DNA of 64,000 nt from a bacterium (lineage in GTDB: Bacteria; SAR324; NAC60-12). Location of the stretch: positions 1,760,001-1,824,000 of the forward strand of contig OZ242383.1 in NCBI GenBank assembly GCA_965209155.1. Direction: 5' to 3'. The position numbers and the translations under genes were made by a program. The notes beneath the pieces are model-generated. The model was not told the origin of the DNA. It saw only the letters and a list, made by a program, of their open reading frames with translations, and did no database searches. Position 1 is the first letter of the stretch. Each line of letters opens with the position of its first letter. Positions 1-9,533 of this stretch are shown one piece after another.

Positions 1-933
1 CCGTTTGTAAAAAAGCTTCTATTCCCCTTCATTCCGGAACCGGATAGCTTGGTAGCAGCCCTGCGGTCAGGGAAGCTTGACCAAGTGGGTGAAATTACTT
101 CGACTTATAGGGAGAGTTTAGCAAAGTCAAACCCCGAGCTGAAGCACATTCGAAAAGAAAATGGGGGTACAACGCACATAGGCCTGAGAGATGACAAGGC
201 ACCTTGGAATAATAAGAAGGTTCGTCTGGCGGCAAACATGGCCTTAGACCGTAAAAGCATACTTGACTCGTTGTATCAAGGCGATGGGACAATCCATAAC
301 ATGCCATTTGCCACAGGATGGAAGAGCGTATATACCCCCATGCAAGAGCTTCCAGCAGCAGCCCGGGCGCGTTATGAATATAATCCGGAAAAGGCAAAGC
401 AGCTTCTGGCTGATGCTGGCTATCCAGATGGCTTCAAGACTTCTATCATAGTATCGCCTTGGGGAAAGGAGATAGTGGAAGCGGTTGCAGGCTACTGGGC
501 GCAAGTCGGCATTGAGTTGAATATGGAGAATGTGGAAAATAGTGCCTACTGGGGCATCTGGGGCTCTAAAGAATGGCCGGAACTGCTCTCCTACAGCTTC
601 GGATACACGGACTACCTCATGGCTCTTGCCGGGTTGGGCCCGGAAGGGGGATTTGATATAACATTTTGGTCGGACCCCAAATATAAAGAGATGATTCACA
701 AGATAGAAACCAACTTAGACCAGGCTGAGCAATTAAAGATGCTTAAAGAGGCAGGGATATACTTCAATATACACGCTCCGCACCTGTCCCTGCCTCAACC
801 AAACTTTTACACTTATTGGCAGCCGTGGGTAAAGAATTATGCCGGTGAAATTAATGCGGGTTATTACGATTCCGGTCATGTATATTCACGCGTATGGTTG
901 GACCTGGATCTGAAGAAAAAAATGGGGTACTAA
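1..933 (+). CDS. ABC transporter substrate-binding protein, DppA/OppA family (5' part outside window)
   Basis: SBP family 5 motifs (PWNNKKVRLAANMALDR, YNPEKAKQLLADAGYPDGF); followed by two permeases. Confidence 0.9.
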   Translation, partial: PFVKKLLFPFIPEPDSLVAALRSGKLDQVGEITSTYRESLAKSNPELKHIRKENGGTTHIGLRDDKAPWNNKKVRLAANMALDRKSILDSLYQGDGTIHNMPFATGWKSVYTPMQELPAAARARYEYNPEKAKQLLADAGYPDGFKTSIIVSPWGKEIVEAVAGYWAQVGIELNMENVENSAYWGIWGSKEWPELLSYSFGYTDYLMALAGLGPEGGFDITFWSDPKYKEMIHKIETNLDQAEQLKMLKEAGIYFNIHAPHLSLPQPNFYTYWQPWVKNYAGEINAGYYDSGHVYSRVWLDLDLKKKMGY

Positions 934-962
934 CAGGTGATGCCCAATAATAGGCTGAAAAT

Positions 963-1934
963 ATGATTCCTTATCTAATCAGGAGAATCCTGCTAATCAT
1001 ACCTGTCCTGATCCTGGCGTCGCTGGTGGTCTTCACGATTATACGCCTCATTCCAGGTGATATTGTAGCTTTGATGTTGACGGGGGGTGGATCGTCGGGT
1101 ATGGGCATGGAAAACAGGGAGGCGGTTGAGCGGGCCCTGGGGCTGAATGTGCCAATCCATGTCCAGTATGGCGAGTGGATAGGGAATATTATTTTGCATG
1201 GCGACTTCGGTAACTCCTTGTGGTCAGGAACCCCCGTCATAGAGGAAATAGCCCAGAAAATACCGGTAACCATCGAGCTTGTCTTGCTCAGTCTCGTGTT
1301 TGCGGTAATAATAGCCTTCCCTATCGGTATATATTCAGCGATACGTCAGGATACTGTTGGCGACTATGTATGGCGTAGTTTTGCTATCCTCCTGATCTGT
1401 GTTCCTCCCTTCTGGGTAGGATTATTAGTAGTGGTTTACTCCTCTTTGTTGTTTCATTGGTCGCCACCCTTGATATATGTTCCTTTCTTTAAAAATCCAG
1501 TGGAAAACCTGTCAATAATGATTATTCCAGCGCTCATTCAAGCCATGTTTCTCGCCGGGATAAATATGAGGATGCTGCGCACCATGATGATTGAGGTCCT
1601 CAGGCAGGATTATATCAGGACTGCCTGGGCAAAGGGACTCAGGGAGAGGACAGTTGTCCTGAGGCATGCTGTGAAGAACGCTCTGATCCCCGTGGTAACT
1701 TTAACAGGAACCACTTTGGTGGCCGTCATCGGTGGCAACGTTATTGTCGAGCGGATATTTAACCTACCTGGTTTGGGTCTCCTGATGTTGCGCTCTGTCG
1801 TCGACAGAGACTATACCATGGTTGTCGGAGTAATGCTCGTTTTTGCCGTTGCTGTAGCATTGATAAATCTGGTGGTGGACCTGACCTATGCCTTGTTAGA
1901 TCCCAGAATTCGTTACCAAACCAAAAAAGGGTAA
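963..1934 (+). CDS. ABC transporter permease, DppB/OppB-like
   Basis: YLIRRIL N-terminus, EAA loop DYIRTAWAKGL, C-terminal DPRIRY. Confidence 0.93.
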   Translation: MIPYLIRRILLIIPVLILASLVVFTIIRLIPGDIVALMLTGGGSSGMGMENREAVERALGLNVPIHVQYGEWIGNIILHGDFGNSLWSGTPVIEEIAQKIPVTIELVLLSLVFAVIIAFPIGIYSAIRQDTVGDYVWRSFAILLICVPPFWVGLLVVVYSSLLFHWSPPLIYVPFFKNPVENLSIMIIPALIQAMFLAGINMRMLRTMMIEVLRQDYIRTAWAKGLRERTVVLRHAVKNALIPVVTLTGTTLVAVIGGNVIVERIFNLPGLGLLMLRSVVDRDYTMVVGVMLVFAVAVALINLVVDLTYALLDPRIRYQTKKG

Positions 1935-1942
1935 ATTAGAAA

Positions 1943-2893
1943 ATGAGCGATGTAAGCGATGCACCGCTAGAGATAGCTGAGCCGAAGGGTCGAGGTGCTT
2001 TCATTAACTTCTTGAAGAGGTTGTTCAAGGAGAAACCACTGGGTGCTGCAGGTTTTACTATCGTCACTATATTTTTGGTTGCCGGGGTTTTTGCTGATTT
2101 CCTGGCCCCTTACGGGATGAACGAATTACACCCAAAAGCATCGCTATCTTCACCTTCAACCCAGCATATTCTGGGAGCAGATCAATTAGGGCGAGACCTG
2201 CTCAGCCGTATTATCTACGGGGCTCGTATCTCTATGGTTGTGGGTTTGTCCTCGGCATCTATTTCGATAATTATCGCCCTAATTCTGGGTATTCCTTCCG
2301 GCTTCTCTGGCGGTAAAGTAGACATGGTGATACAGAGGGTGGTTGATGCCTTTATGTGCTTTCCTGGCCTCATCCTTCTCATCGCCGTATTGTCTCTCAC
2401 CGGGCCGGGGCTGTGGCAGGTAGTTGGCGTTTTAGGCTTTGTCGTTGGAATACACAGCACACGGGTGATAAGAAGCGCTGTTATCGACATTAAAGAGAAT
2501 GTGTATGTGGAAGCGGCAAAGGCTATTGGCTGTAAAACCTCAAGAATATTTATACGGCATATCATGCCCAATATTATGGCTCCCACCATTATCCTCTTTT
2601 CGCTCAATGTGCCCAATCTGATTATAGCTGAGGCTTCTCTCAGTTTCCTCGGTCTCGGTATCCCTCCCCCCCATCCCAGCTGGGGGGGTATGCTGAGTCT
2701 GGAAGGACGTAAATATTTTCTCTTGTCCCCGTGGATATCTTTATGGCCCGGTCTTGCCCTGGTTATTGCAGTCTTTGGTATGAATGTCTTCGGCGATGCC
2801 CTCAGGGACATCGTGGATCCACGATTGAGGGGTGGTACCGGGCGCTTTGATGCGCTGAAGCTATCTAATTCAAATAAGATCAAGCCCAAATAA
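1943..2893 (+). CDS. ABC transporter permease, DppC/OppC-like
   Basis: HILGADQLGRDLLSRIIYGARIS, YVEAAKAIG, EASLSFLGLG, GDALRD motifs. Confidence 0.93.
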   Translation: MSDVSDAPLEIAEPKGRGAFINFLKRLFKEKPLGAAGFTIVTIFLVAGVFADFLAPYGMNELHPKASLSSPSTQHILGADQLGRDLLSRIIYGARISMVVGLSSASISIIIALILGIPSGFSGGKVDMVIQRVVDAFMCFPGLILLIAVLSLTGPGLWQVVGVLGFVVGIHSTRVIRSAVIDIKENVYVEAAKAIGCKTSRIFIRHIMPNIMAPTIILFSLNVPNLIIAEASLSFLGLGIPPPHPSWGGMLSLEGRKYFLLSPWISLWPGLALVIAVFGMNVFGDALRDIVDPRLRGGTGRFDALKLSNSNKIKPK

Positions 2894-2996
2894 AATCTCG
2901 GCCTGGTCTCAGGCTACTGGGGCGGTAAGATGGTATCCCGAAGCGTTTCATGATTAAAGAAACTGAGGATTACTTTTTTTTCCGGAAGGAACCCGA

Positions 2997-4088
2997 ATGA
3001 CAGATGATCACTTGAAAGTGGGAGAACAGCGTGCTTACGAACTGGGCAACCGCGGTCTTCTTGAGTTTGATGTAAATGGCATGTTGAGAGAGGAAATTAC
3101 GGAGGCCTATTGGCGCACGGGCTTTTATGTCTTCGAAGGGGTCGTGCAGGGTGAGGAACTCGACAACCTGATCGCGGAATTCGAGCACCTGCTGACACGC
3201 GCCCCGACATCAAGTACGGCCTCGACCGATGCGGCAGGGCGGCCTGCGATTGGTACCGAATTTGAGCAGCCGAGCTTTCGCTTTGCGAAACCCTTGAGCG
3301 ATCCCTATGGGGGCACGGGGCGATACGGGGCGAAAATGAATGAGCTCGAAGCGCCTGCCGATACTCCGGAGGAAATCCTACTGCACATCGTGGGCGTTTT
3401 GCAGCTGATGGATGCTTGCCTGCGGCTCTATGGCCATCCCCAGCTCTTGTCTGTGGCAGAGCAAATCAACGGACCGGATTTCGCTCCATTTAACGAAACC
3501 ATCTGGGTCAAACACCCTGGCTTAGGTGCCTCGGTGGCATGGCATCAGGATGGCACGACCCATTGGGACAACCCCGAGTTGGATCGGGGCACTCACGGTT
3601 TCAACTACATGGCTCAGCTTTACCCCACCAATCCGGCCAATGCGTTGTGGGTGGTTCCCGGGACCCACCAGCAGGGCAAGCTCGATATCCTGGCCCGGAT
3701 CCAGGCCAATGGGGGTTCAGACCGTCTCCCAGGGGCCGTCCCGATGCTGTGTCAACCAGGCGATGTGGTGATCATGAACCGCCAGGTGTTGCATGGCTCC
3801 TTTGCCAACACCTCACCAGTCATGCGGGCGACTTACCAGTTTGGCTTTCACCGCCGGGCTTCCCTCCTGGGCGTAAAGGGATGGGGTACCGAACCCTACG
3901 ACGAGGCGCGGATCCATGAACGCTCCCGCATCATCGCTCTGGCCATCGATGCCCGTCACCAGTGTTTTCCCCATGAACCGCGCTACCATTACCAGCCGCT
4001 GGCCGACGAGCTGGATTCCCTCCGCTGGAACGATTTCACACGCGAGCACCTTTTGAAAAACTACAACCTGAAAGACATGGGGATTTGA
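2997..4088 (+). CDS. Phytanoyl-CoA dioxygenase (PhyH)-family Fe(II)/2-oxoglutarate dioxygenase
   Basis: WHQD iron motif, LWVVPGTH, PGDVVIMN..LHGS..N..R. Confidence 0.85.
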   Translation: MTDDHLKVGEQRAYELGNRGLLEFDVNGMLREEITEAYWRTGFYVFEGVVQGEELDNLIAEFEHLLTRAPTSSTASTDAAGRPAIGTEFEQPSFRFAKPLSDPYGGTGRYGAKMNELEAPADTPEEILLHIVGVLQLMDACLRLYGHPQLLSVAEQINGPDFAPFNETIWVKHPGLGASVAWHQDGTTHWDNPELDRGTHGFNYMAQLYPTNPANALWVVPGTHQQGKLDILARIQANGGSDRLPGAVPMLCQPGDVVIMNRQVLHGSFANTSPVMRATYQFGFHRRASLLGVKGWGTEPYDEARIHERSRIIALAIDARHQCFPHEPRYHYQPLADELDSLRWNDFTREHLLKNYNLKDMGI

Positions 4089-4124
4089 GCATTAGCAAAA
4101 ACTCATCTTCATAAAAGGAGTAAC

Positions 4125-5177
4125 ATGAAAAGCAAAGCAGCCATCCAGCCCGCTCCCAGGGAGCGTCTCATCATTGATGAACTCGAGATTCCGGACCCTC
4201 GTCCTGACCAGGTGGTCGTCAAGCTGTTCTCCAGTGGCATCTGTCATTCTCAGCTGAAAGAATTGCAGGGCTCCCCTGCCCATCCATTGGTGGTGGGTCA
4301 CGAAGGCACTGGAGTGGCCATCCAGGTCGGGCAAGAGGTCAAGCATGTGAAGGAAGGCGATCATGTCATCGTAACCTGGGTGCACCAACCCCCCTTGGAG
4401 GCCTGGCCTAAAATTCCTCCCTCCGGAACAACCTTCCGGGGACAGCCTGTGGCGGCCCTTGCCGGAGTGTACACGTGGAGTGAATATACGTTGGCAGAGG
4501 GAGGGTTCGTCGTCCCCATCTCGAAGGATGATCCCACGGATCTCAGCTGTATTGTGGGCTGTGCCGTGCTCACCGGAGCCGGCGCGGTGCTGCACACCGC
4601 CAACGTGAGACCCAACGAATCGGTGGCAGTATTCGGAGTGGGCGGGGTCGGGTTATCCGCGATCCGCATGGCCGCCCTTTTGGAGGCTTATCCCATCATC
4701 GCCGTCGATCTGAAAGACGACAAGCTGGCTTATGCCAAAGAGTTCGGTGCCACCCATGGGGTGAACGCCGGTGAGGGGGATGCGGTGGAAGCAATTGTGG
4801 AATTGACCAGTGGTGGCGTTGACTACGCCTTCGATGCGATTGGGTTACGGGTCACCAATGAGCAGATCCAGCGTGCGACTCGGCCTGGGTGGCATGGAGC
4901 TCATAACCATGGGGGTATGGCCATCCTCATTGGGATCCCGGGATCGGAGATGACGCTGAACCCGCTCAGTTTTATGTTTGAACAAAAACAGTACCGGGGC
5001 AGTCATGGCGCCTGTATTCCTGATCAAGACTTCCCGATGTATCTCCGCTGGCACCGGGAGGGCAAGTTCCCGCTCGACAAACTGGTGACTACCCGCTACC
5101 CACTGGAGCAGGCCAACGAGGCGTGTGATGCCCTGAAAGCCGGTGAGATTCTCGGCCGGGCGATCATCGAGTTTTAA
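4125..5177 (+). CDS. Zinc-dependent medium-chain alcohol dehydrogenase
   Basis: GICHS, GHEG, GCAVLTG, Rossmann GVGGVG; structural-Zn cysteine lobe absent. Confidence 0.88.
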   Translation: MKSKAAIQPAPRERLIIDELEIPDPRPDQVVVKLFSSGICHSQLKELQGSPAHPLVVGHEGTGVAIQVGQEVKHVKEGDHVIVTWVHQPPLEAWPKIPPSGTTFRGQPVAALAGVYTWSEYTLAEGGFVVPISKDDPTDLSCIVGCAVLTGAGAVLHTANVRPNESVAVFGVGGVGLSAIRMAALLEAYPIIAVDLKDDKLAYAKEFGATHGVNAGEGDAVEAIVELTSGGVDYAFDAIGLRVTNEQIQRATRPGWHGAHNHGGMAILIGIPGSEMTLNPLSFMFEQKQYRGSHGACIPDQDFPMYLRWHREGKFPLDKLVTTRYPLEQANEACDALKAGEILGRAIIEF

Positions 5178-5311
5178 GTCGACCTGTCCGAAAATGCGCT
5201 CGACATCTTTCTAAATCATGAGTCTCCTCCCCAGATGAAATCGGGCGCCAGGAAAGCTCATCTTTGATCGGAAAGGGGTCAAATCTTTTTTCGCTTTATT
5301 CAAAATGAGAG

Positions 5312-5446
5312 GATCGGGGCTATGACGATGAGCTGAGTTGGAATGGCGTCAAAGTGAAGCCCTTGGTTGCCAAAGCAGGTGACGTGGCTCTTTTTGTCTC
5401 CGACATCTGGCACCGGCGGCTACCCACGCAGAAAGGGGACACGGGT
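5312..5446 (+). pseudogene. PhyH-family dioxygenase C-terminal fragment
   Basis: Manual translation LSWNGVKVKPLVAKAGDVALFVSDIWHRRLP; no N-terminal part. Confidence 0.55.
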
Positions 5447-5534
5447 GCAGGGGCCATCCAAAAATGTTCGTAAAGATCCAAAGCTGCTCAGGCACCTTGC
5501 ACCCTGAGCACAATTAACCAATTACCAGGAGAAA

Positions 5535-5708
5535 ATCGCCAATACCGCCCTCTTTGATATCACTCACCACCCGGCAATGGCCCTTCCTTGTGGGATGTCA
5601 GAGGGTCTACCAGTGAGTTTGCAGCTCATTGGAAAGCATTTTGACGAATCCACCATTTACCGTGCCGCCCATGGATTTCAGGAAGGAACAGATTGGAAGA
5701 AAATGTAA
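5535..5708 (+). pseudogene. Amidase-signature family C-terminal fragment
   Basis: Manual translation IANTALFDITHHPAMALPCGMSEGLPVSLQLIGKHFDESTIYRAAHGFQEGTDWKKM*. Confidence 0.75.
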
Positions 5709-5751
5709 TTCAAAAAGCCTTACTATCGACTCCCAAAATAGAGGTACTTCA

Positions 5752-5915
5752 ATGACTTATGATCCTCGCATACCGGCACGTGAAATTTGTGTTCTTGGTT
5801 ATCAAATCGAACACTGGGCGCTCCAGAAGCCTGGGGCAATCGCAATCATGTTCTATGGTGGCGAGATATGGACCTGGCGTCAAACTTTAGAATTGACACA
5901 ACGCACAGCCAAAGC
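5752..5915 (+). pseudogene. Acyl-CoA ligase (AMP-binding) N-terminal fragment
   Basis: RBS gaggt then MTYDPRIPAREICVLGYQIEHWALQKPGAIAIMFYGGEIWTW, running into a palindrome. Confidence 0.5.
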
Positions 5916-6087
5916 TCAGGCATGCCGACGCCCTCGGCGTGCCTGCCGAAAGATGAATCAGCATTTTCCGACCCGCTTTACACACTCATTTGCAAAAGGT
6001 AAGGGCTTTTGCAAATTTTTGATTTTCCTATGTGGAAAATCATTTGCTTAATGTGAAGTCAAGATTTGACCAAAAAAAGGAGCCATT

Positions 6088-7407
6088 ATGACTACAGCGA
6101 CACACGGAGGGTTGAGCGCCTATTGGATGCCCATGACCCCCAATCGAAATTTCAAATCCAATCCCAAGTTGATCGAAACTGCAGAGGGGATGTATTACTA
6201 TTCCTCTGACGGCCAAAAGCTGATGGATAGCATTGCAGGGCTATGGTGCGTCAATGCAGGACATGGTCGTATCGAAATTCAAGAAGCGGTGACCGAGCAA
6301 ATGAAAAAATTGGACTATGCATCCAGTTTCTCATTGGGACATCCGCTGGCCTTTGAGTTTGCTCAAAGACTGGTCACACACGCTCCTGGAGATCTGGATC
6401 ATGTATTCTTCACAAATTCAGGGTCTGAATCCGTCGACACTGCCCTCAAAATCGCATTGAATTATCAGCGCATCAAAGGCGAGGGATCCCGCATCATGCT
6501 CATAGGGCGTCAAAAAGCATACCACGGAATGGGTTTTGGAGGCTTGACGGTGGGTGGATTGACCCCCCATCGAAAGTCGTTTGGACCTTTGTTGCCTGTT
6601 CGAGACCACTTGCCTCATACGATGCCTCCCGAAGGAAAAAAATATGCCAGAGGATTGCAGGACGAAAATGAATTTTTAGATCAGGCCTTTGAAGAGATGG
6701 TTGCCTTTCATGATCCTTCCAACATTGCAGCAGTGATTGTCGAACCTGTGGCAGGAGGGGGTGGAGTGATCGTACCCCCAAAAAACTATCTCAAGCGCAT
6801 GCGCGAAATTTGTGATCAGCATGGGATTTTGCTCATTTTCGATGAAGTGGTCACTGGATTTGGGCGATTGGGCAGCAGTTTTGCAGCCAAACGATTTGAT
6901 GTGATCCCTGACTTGATGACCACTGCAAAAGGAATCACCAATGGAAACATCCCAATGGGAGCTGTTTTCGTACGAAAGCATATTTATAACACCTTCATGT
7001 CGATTCCAGAAGAAGGAATGGAATTGTTTCATGGCTACACCTATTCAGGGCATCCTGTCGCCTGCGCGGCAGGAATGGCGACACTCAACATTTATGAAAA
7101 TGAAGGATTGTTTGATCGAACAGCGGGATTGGAAGATCACTGGGAAAACTCAGCACACAATCTTAAAGATTTTCCTCATGTCAAAGATATAAGGAATCTA
7201 GGATTGATGGCTGCTGTGGAGCTCGAATCTCGACCTGACCAGTTTGGGGCAATTGGTGCAGAGGTGTTCGCCAAATGCTACGAAAAAGGAATCCTCATGA
7301 GGAGTCTGGGGGACACTTTAGCGTTTTCTCCTCCTTTGATTATTGAAAAAGAAGAAATTGACCAAATTTTTGAGACCGTTGGAGAGGTTTTAAAAGAAAT
7401 CAACTAA
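6088..7407 (+). CDS. Class III aminotransferase (omega-amino acid/beta-alanine:pyruvate transaminase-like)
   Basis: GLWCVNAGH, FFTNSGSESVDTA, FDEVVTGFGRLG, PLP lysine TTAKG, HGYTYSGHP. Confidence 0.92.
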   Translation: MTTATHGGLSAYWMPMTPNRNFKSNPKLIETAEGMYYYSSDGQKLMDSIAGLWCVNAGHGRIEIQEAVTEQMKKLDYASSFSLGHPLAFEFAQRLVTHAPGDLDHVFFTNSGSESVDTALKIALNYQRIKGEGSRIMLIGRQKAYHGMGFGGLTVGGLTPHRKSFGPLLPVRDHLPHTMPPEGKKYARGLQDENEFLDQAFEEMVAFHDPSNIAAVIVEPVAGGGGVIVPPKNYLKRMREICDQHGILLIFDEVVTGFGRLGSSFAAKRFDVIPDLMTTAKGITNGNIPMGAVFVRKHIYNTFMSIPEEGMELFHGYTYSGHPVACAAGMATLNIYENEGLFDRTAGLEDHWENSAHNLKDFPHVKDIRNLGLMAAVELESRPDQFGAIGAEVFAKCYEKGILMRSLGDTLAFSPPLIIEKEEIDQIFETVGEVLKEIN

Positions 7408-7422
7408 AAGGAAGATAAGCTT

Positions 7423-8916
7423 ATGGATACGAATGATACTAGAGATAATCGTATTGTCGAGGAGAACCGCAAGCCGGGCACAGTCGAGTGGCAACTCCAG
7501 TACACTAGCTTCGATGACCCGATTACCCTGGCCTCTCACCCGCTGATTCGCCAGCTACGGTCGTTAGCTATAGAGGGCTACGCCTCCAAAACCAGTGTCC
7601 TGCCGGGCGAGACAATTGACTTTATGGTTAGTTTGGATCCGCCCGGCCACTTTACCATTGATCTCTACCGCATGGGTTATTATGGGGGTACCGGCGGGCG
7701 ACATATGGCCCGCTTGGGGCCCTTTCTGGGAGATACCCAGCCGGTGCCGATGATGACCATCGAGCGTTTACGTGAATGTGCCTGGGAAAAATGTACCTCG
7801 TTTACGGTCCCGACGGAGTGGCCAAGCGGCGTTTATCTGGGCAAGTTGACCCGCGATGAGCAATTTGGCGTACAGAGTTATCTTATCTTTGTGGTCAAGG
7901 AACATCGGCGGTCAGATTTATTGTGCCAGGTGAGCGACCTGACCTGGCAAGCCTACAATAAGTGGCCGGGGATGGATTCGCTCTACAACGATGGTACGCC
8001 CAATATCTACTATTTCGGTCCCAACGTCCGGGTCAGTTTTGACCGGCCCTATGCCAAATATCCTCAGCTTCGGGATGAGCCCCTGTCGGCCGGATCGGGT
8101 GAATATCTGCTATGGGAACATCCGATGACCTTCTGGCTAGAGCAGCAAGGATATGATGTGACCTATTGTTCGAACTTGGACCTGCATCTTGACCCGGATA
8201 TCTTGAAGTATAGCAAAGTGTTCTTATCGGTCGGGCATGATGAGTACTGGTCCCGTAAAATGTTCGATGAAGCGGTGAAGGCCCGGGATGATGGCCTGAG
8301 TCTGGCCTTCTTCTCCGGTAACTCACTTTGTTACGCGCTCGAAATGTATGACAGTACGGCGACGGGAGCGGCGAGTCGGGCGTTTGCCAGGAAAGAACCA
8401 ATGGGCAATGAGGAGGAACTGATGGGGGTCAAGTCAGAAGCGGTTGGGTATGGCGATTGGGTGGTGATCAAACCCGAGCACTGGATCTATAACGGGACAG
8501 GCGCCAAGGCCGGCGACAAAATTCCCGGTATTATCGGTTGGGAGTATCACGGCTACCCGGCTGACATACCAGGTCTGGAGGTGGTGGCTTCAAGCCCGTT
8601 GGATCCCTGCCTGAGATGGAAAAAATCTTTGCCCCCTCCGGTCGCGCACCCAATACACAGCGCAAAGGAAAAGGAGTTTTGGCGTCGCGTTCACCCTCCG
8701 GTCGCGCACCCAATACACAGCGCGATTGTATATCCTGGTAGGCAGGGTAATTGGGTCTTCAATGCCGGCACCATCTGGTGGTCTGAGGGGCTGTCCTGCC
8801 CGCCCGGTCATGTTCCGGCCCGATCTGCCTGCGGCGGCACCTTTGGGGTGAATCCTCTGGCCCAGCAAATAACCACTAACGTCTTGGATCGAATGACCCG
8901 AGACTCGCAGCGGTGA
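7423..8916 (+). CDS. N,N-dimethylformamidase beta-subunit-like family protein
   Basis: IEGYASKTSV, YRMGYYGG.G, TWQAYN.W, VSFDRPY, SVGHDEYWS, FNAGTIWW motifs. Confidence 0.75.
   Translation: MDTNDTRDNRIVEENRKPGTVEWQLQYTSFDDPITLASHPLIRQLRSLAIEGYASKTSVLPGETIDFMVSLDPPGHFTIDLYRMGYYGGTGGRHMARLGPFLGDTQPVPMMTIERLRECAWEKCTSFTVPTEWPSGVYLGKLTRDEQFGVQSYLIFVVKEHRRSDLLCQVSDLTWQAYNKWPGMDSLYNDGTPNIYYFGPNVRVSFDRPYAKYPQLRDEPLSAGSGEYLLWEHPMTFWLEQQGYDVTYCSNLDLHLDPDILKYSKVFLSVGHDEYWSRKMFDEAVKARDDGLSLAFFSGNSLCYALEMYDSTATGAASRAFARKEPMGNEEELMGVKSEAVGYGDWVVIKPEHWIYNGTGAKAGDKIPGIIGWEYHGYPADIPGLEVVASSPLDPCLRWKKSLPPPVAHPIHSAKEKEFWRRVHPPVAHPIHSAIVYPGRQGNWVFNAGTIWWSEGLSCPPGHVPARSACGGTFGVNPLAQQITTNVLDRMTRDSQR
8634..8723 (+). 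repeat. 30-bp direct repeat with 60-bp period inside the DMFase-like gene
   Basis: ccctccggtcgcgcacccaatacacagcgc at 8634-8663 and 8694-8723. Confidence 0.95.
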
Positions 8917-9143
8917 TCAAAATGAGCTTTCCCGGAAAGTGAATCACCGTTGTGAAAAGTCAAAAGGGGTCAAAAAGGGGTCAAATCTCATTTTGTCTTT
9001 TGGGTTCTTTTGTAAAGGGAATGACACAAATTCGGGGACCCCTCATAGCTTCAAAGAAATCCGATCAATGGACAGCAACACCATTTTGTTTCCAGGGAGG
9101 AGAAGGTAACTGAGGACTTTACGTCCTTTCAGATCATCATAGA

Positions 9144-9262
9144 AAATCAGGGGACACAATACCATTTTTATTAGTAATGTCTCCGTATTTTATTAGTAAT
9201 GTCCTCTGATTTTATCCGTATTTTATAAGTATTGTGTCCCCTGATTTAATGTCCCCTGATTT
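9144..9262. repeat. MITE/REP-like element with perfect 19-bp inverted repeats
   Basis: aaatcaggggacacaatac (9144-9162) / gtattgtgtcccctgattt (9229-9247); internal direct repeats ttttattagtaatgtc; extra partial copy 9249-9262. Confidence 0.8.
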
Positions 9263-9339
9263 AAAACGGCAATGGTAAAGCTCACCTTAATAGCTCGGTC
9301 CGACCCGAATCCCATCAAAAGGAAGATTTCTAGTCCCCT

Positions 9340-9517
9340 CCCCAATCCAACCTAGTGTAGCAATGGCTTCACAACGATCCGCAATGTGGGCAAGCAAGGC
9401 TATTTTACTCTCTGGATCTCCCATTTCCCAAAGTTTATGAGTGGTGTACAATTCATCTAAGAGAGCAATGGTGGGGGAATGGAAATCATCCGTGACCAAA
9501 AGATCTTTTTTTGCCAT
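9340..9517 (-). pseudogene. 2-hydroxyacid dehydrogenase N-terminal fragment
   Basis: MAKKDLLVTDDFHSPTIALLDELYTTHKLWE...RCEAIAT, then truncated. Confidence 0.5.
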
Positions 9518-9533
9518 AGTGTCTTTCGATTTT

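Noticed and set aside
2215..2889. Long antisense or alternative-frame ORFs (e.g. 2215-2889, 55246-55902, 56290-56958)
   Set aside because: Shadow ORFs of well-supported genes with no motifs of their own
8634..8723. CRISPR-like repeat-spacer-repeat (30/30/30 bp)
   Set aside because: Only two repeats, in frame inside a gene, not palindromic, and no cas genes
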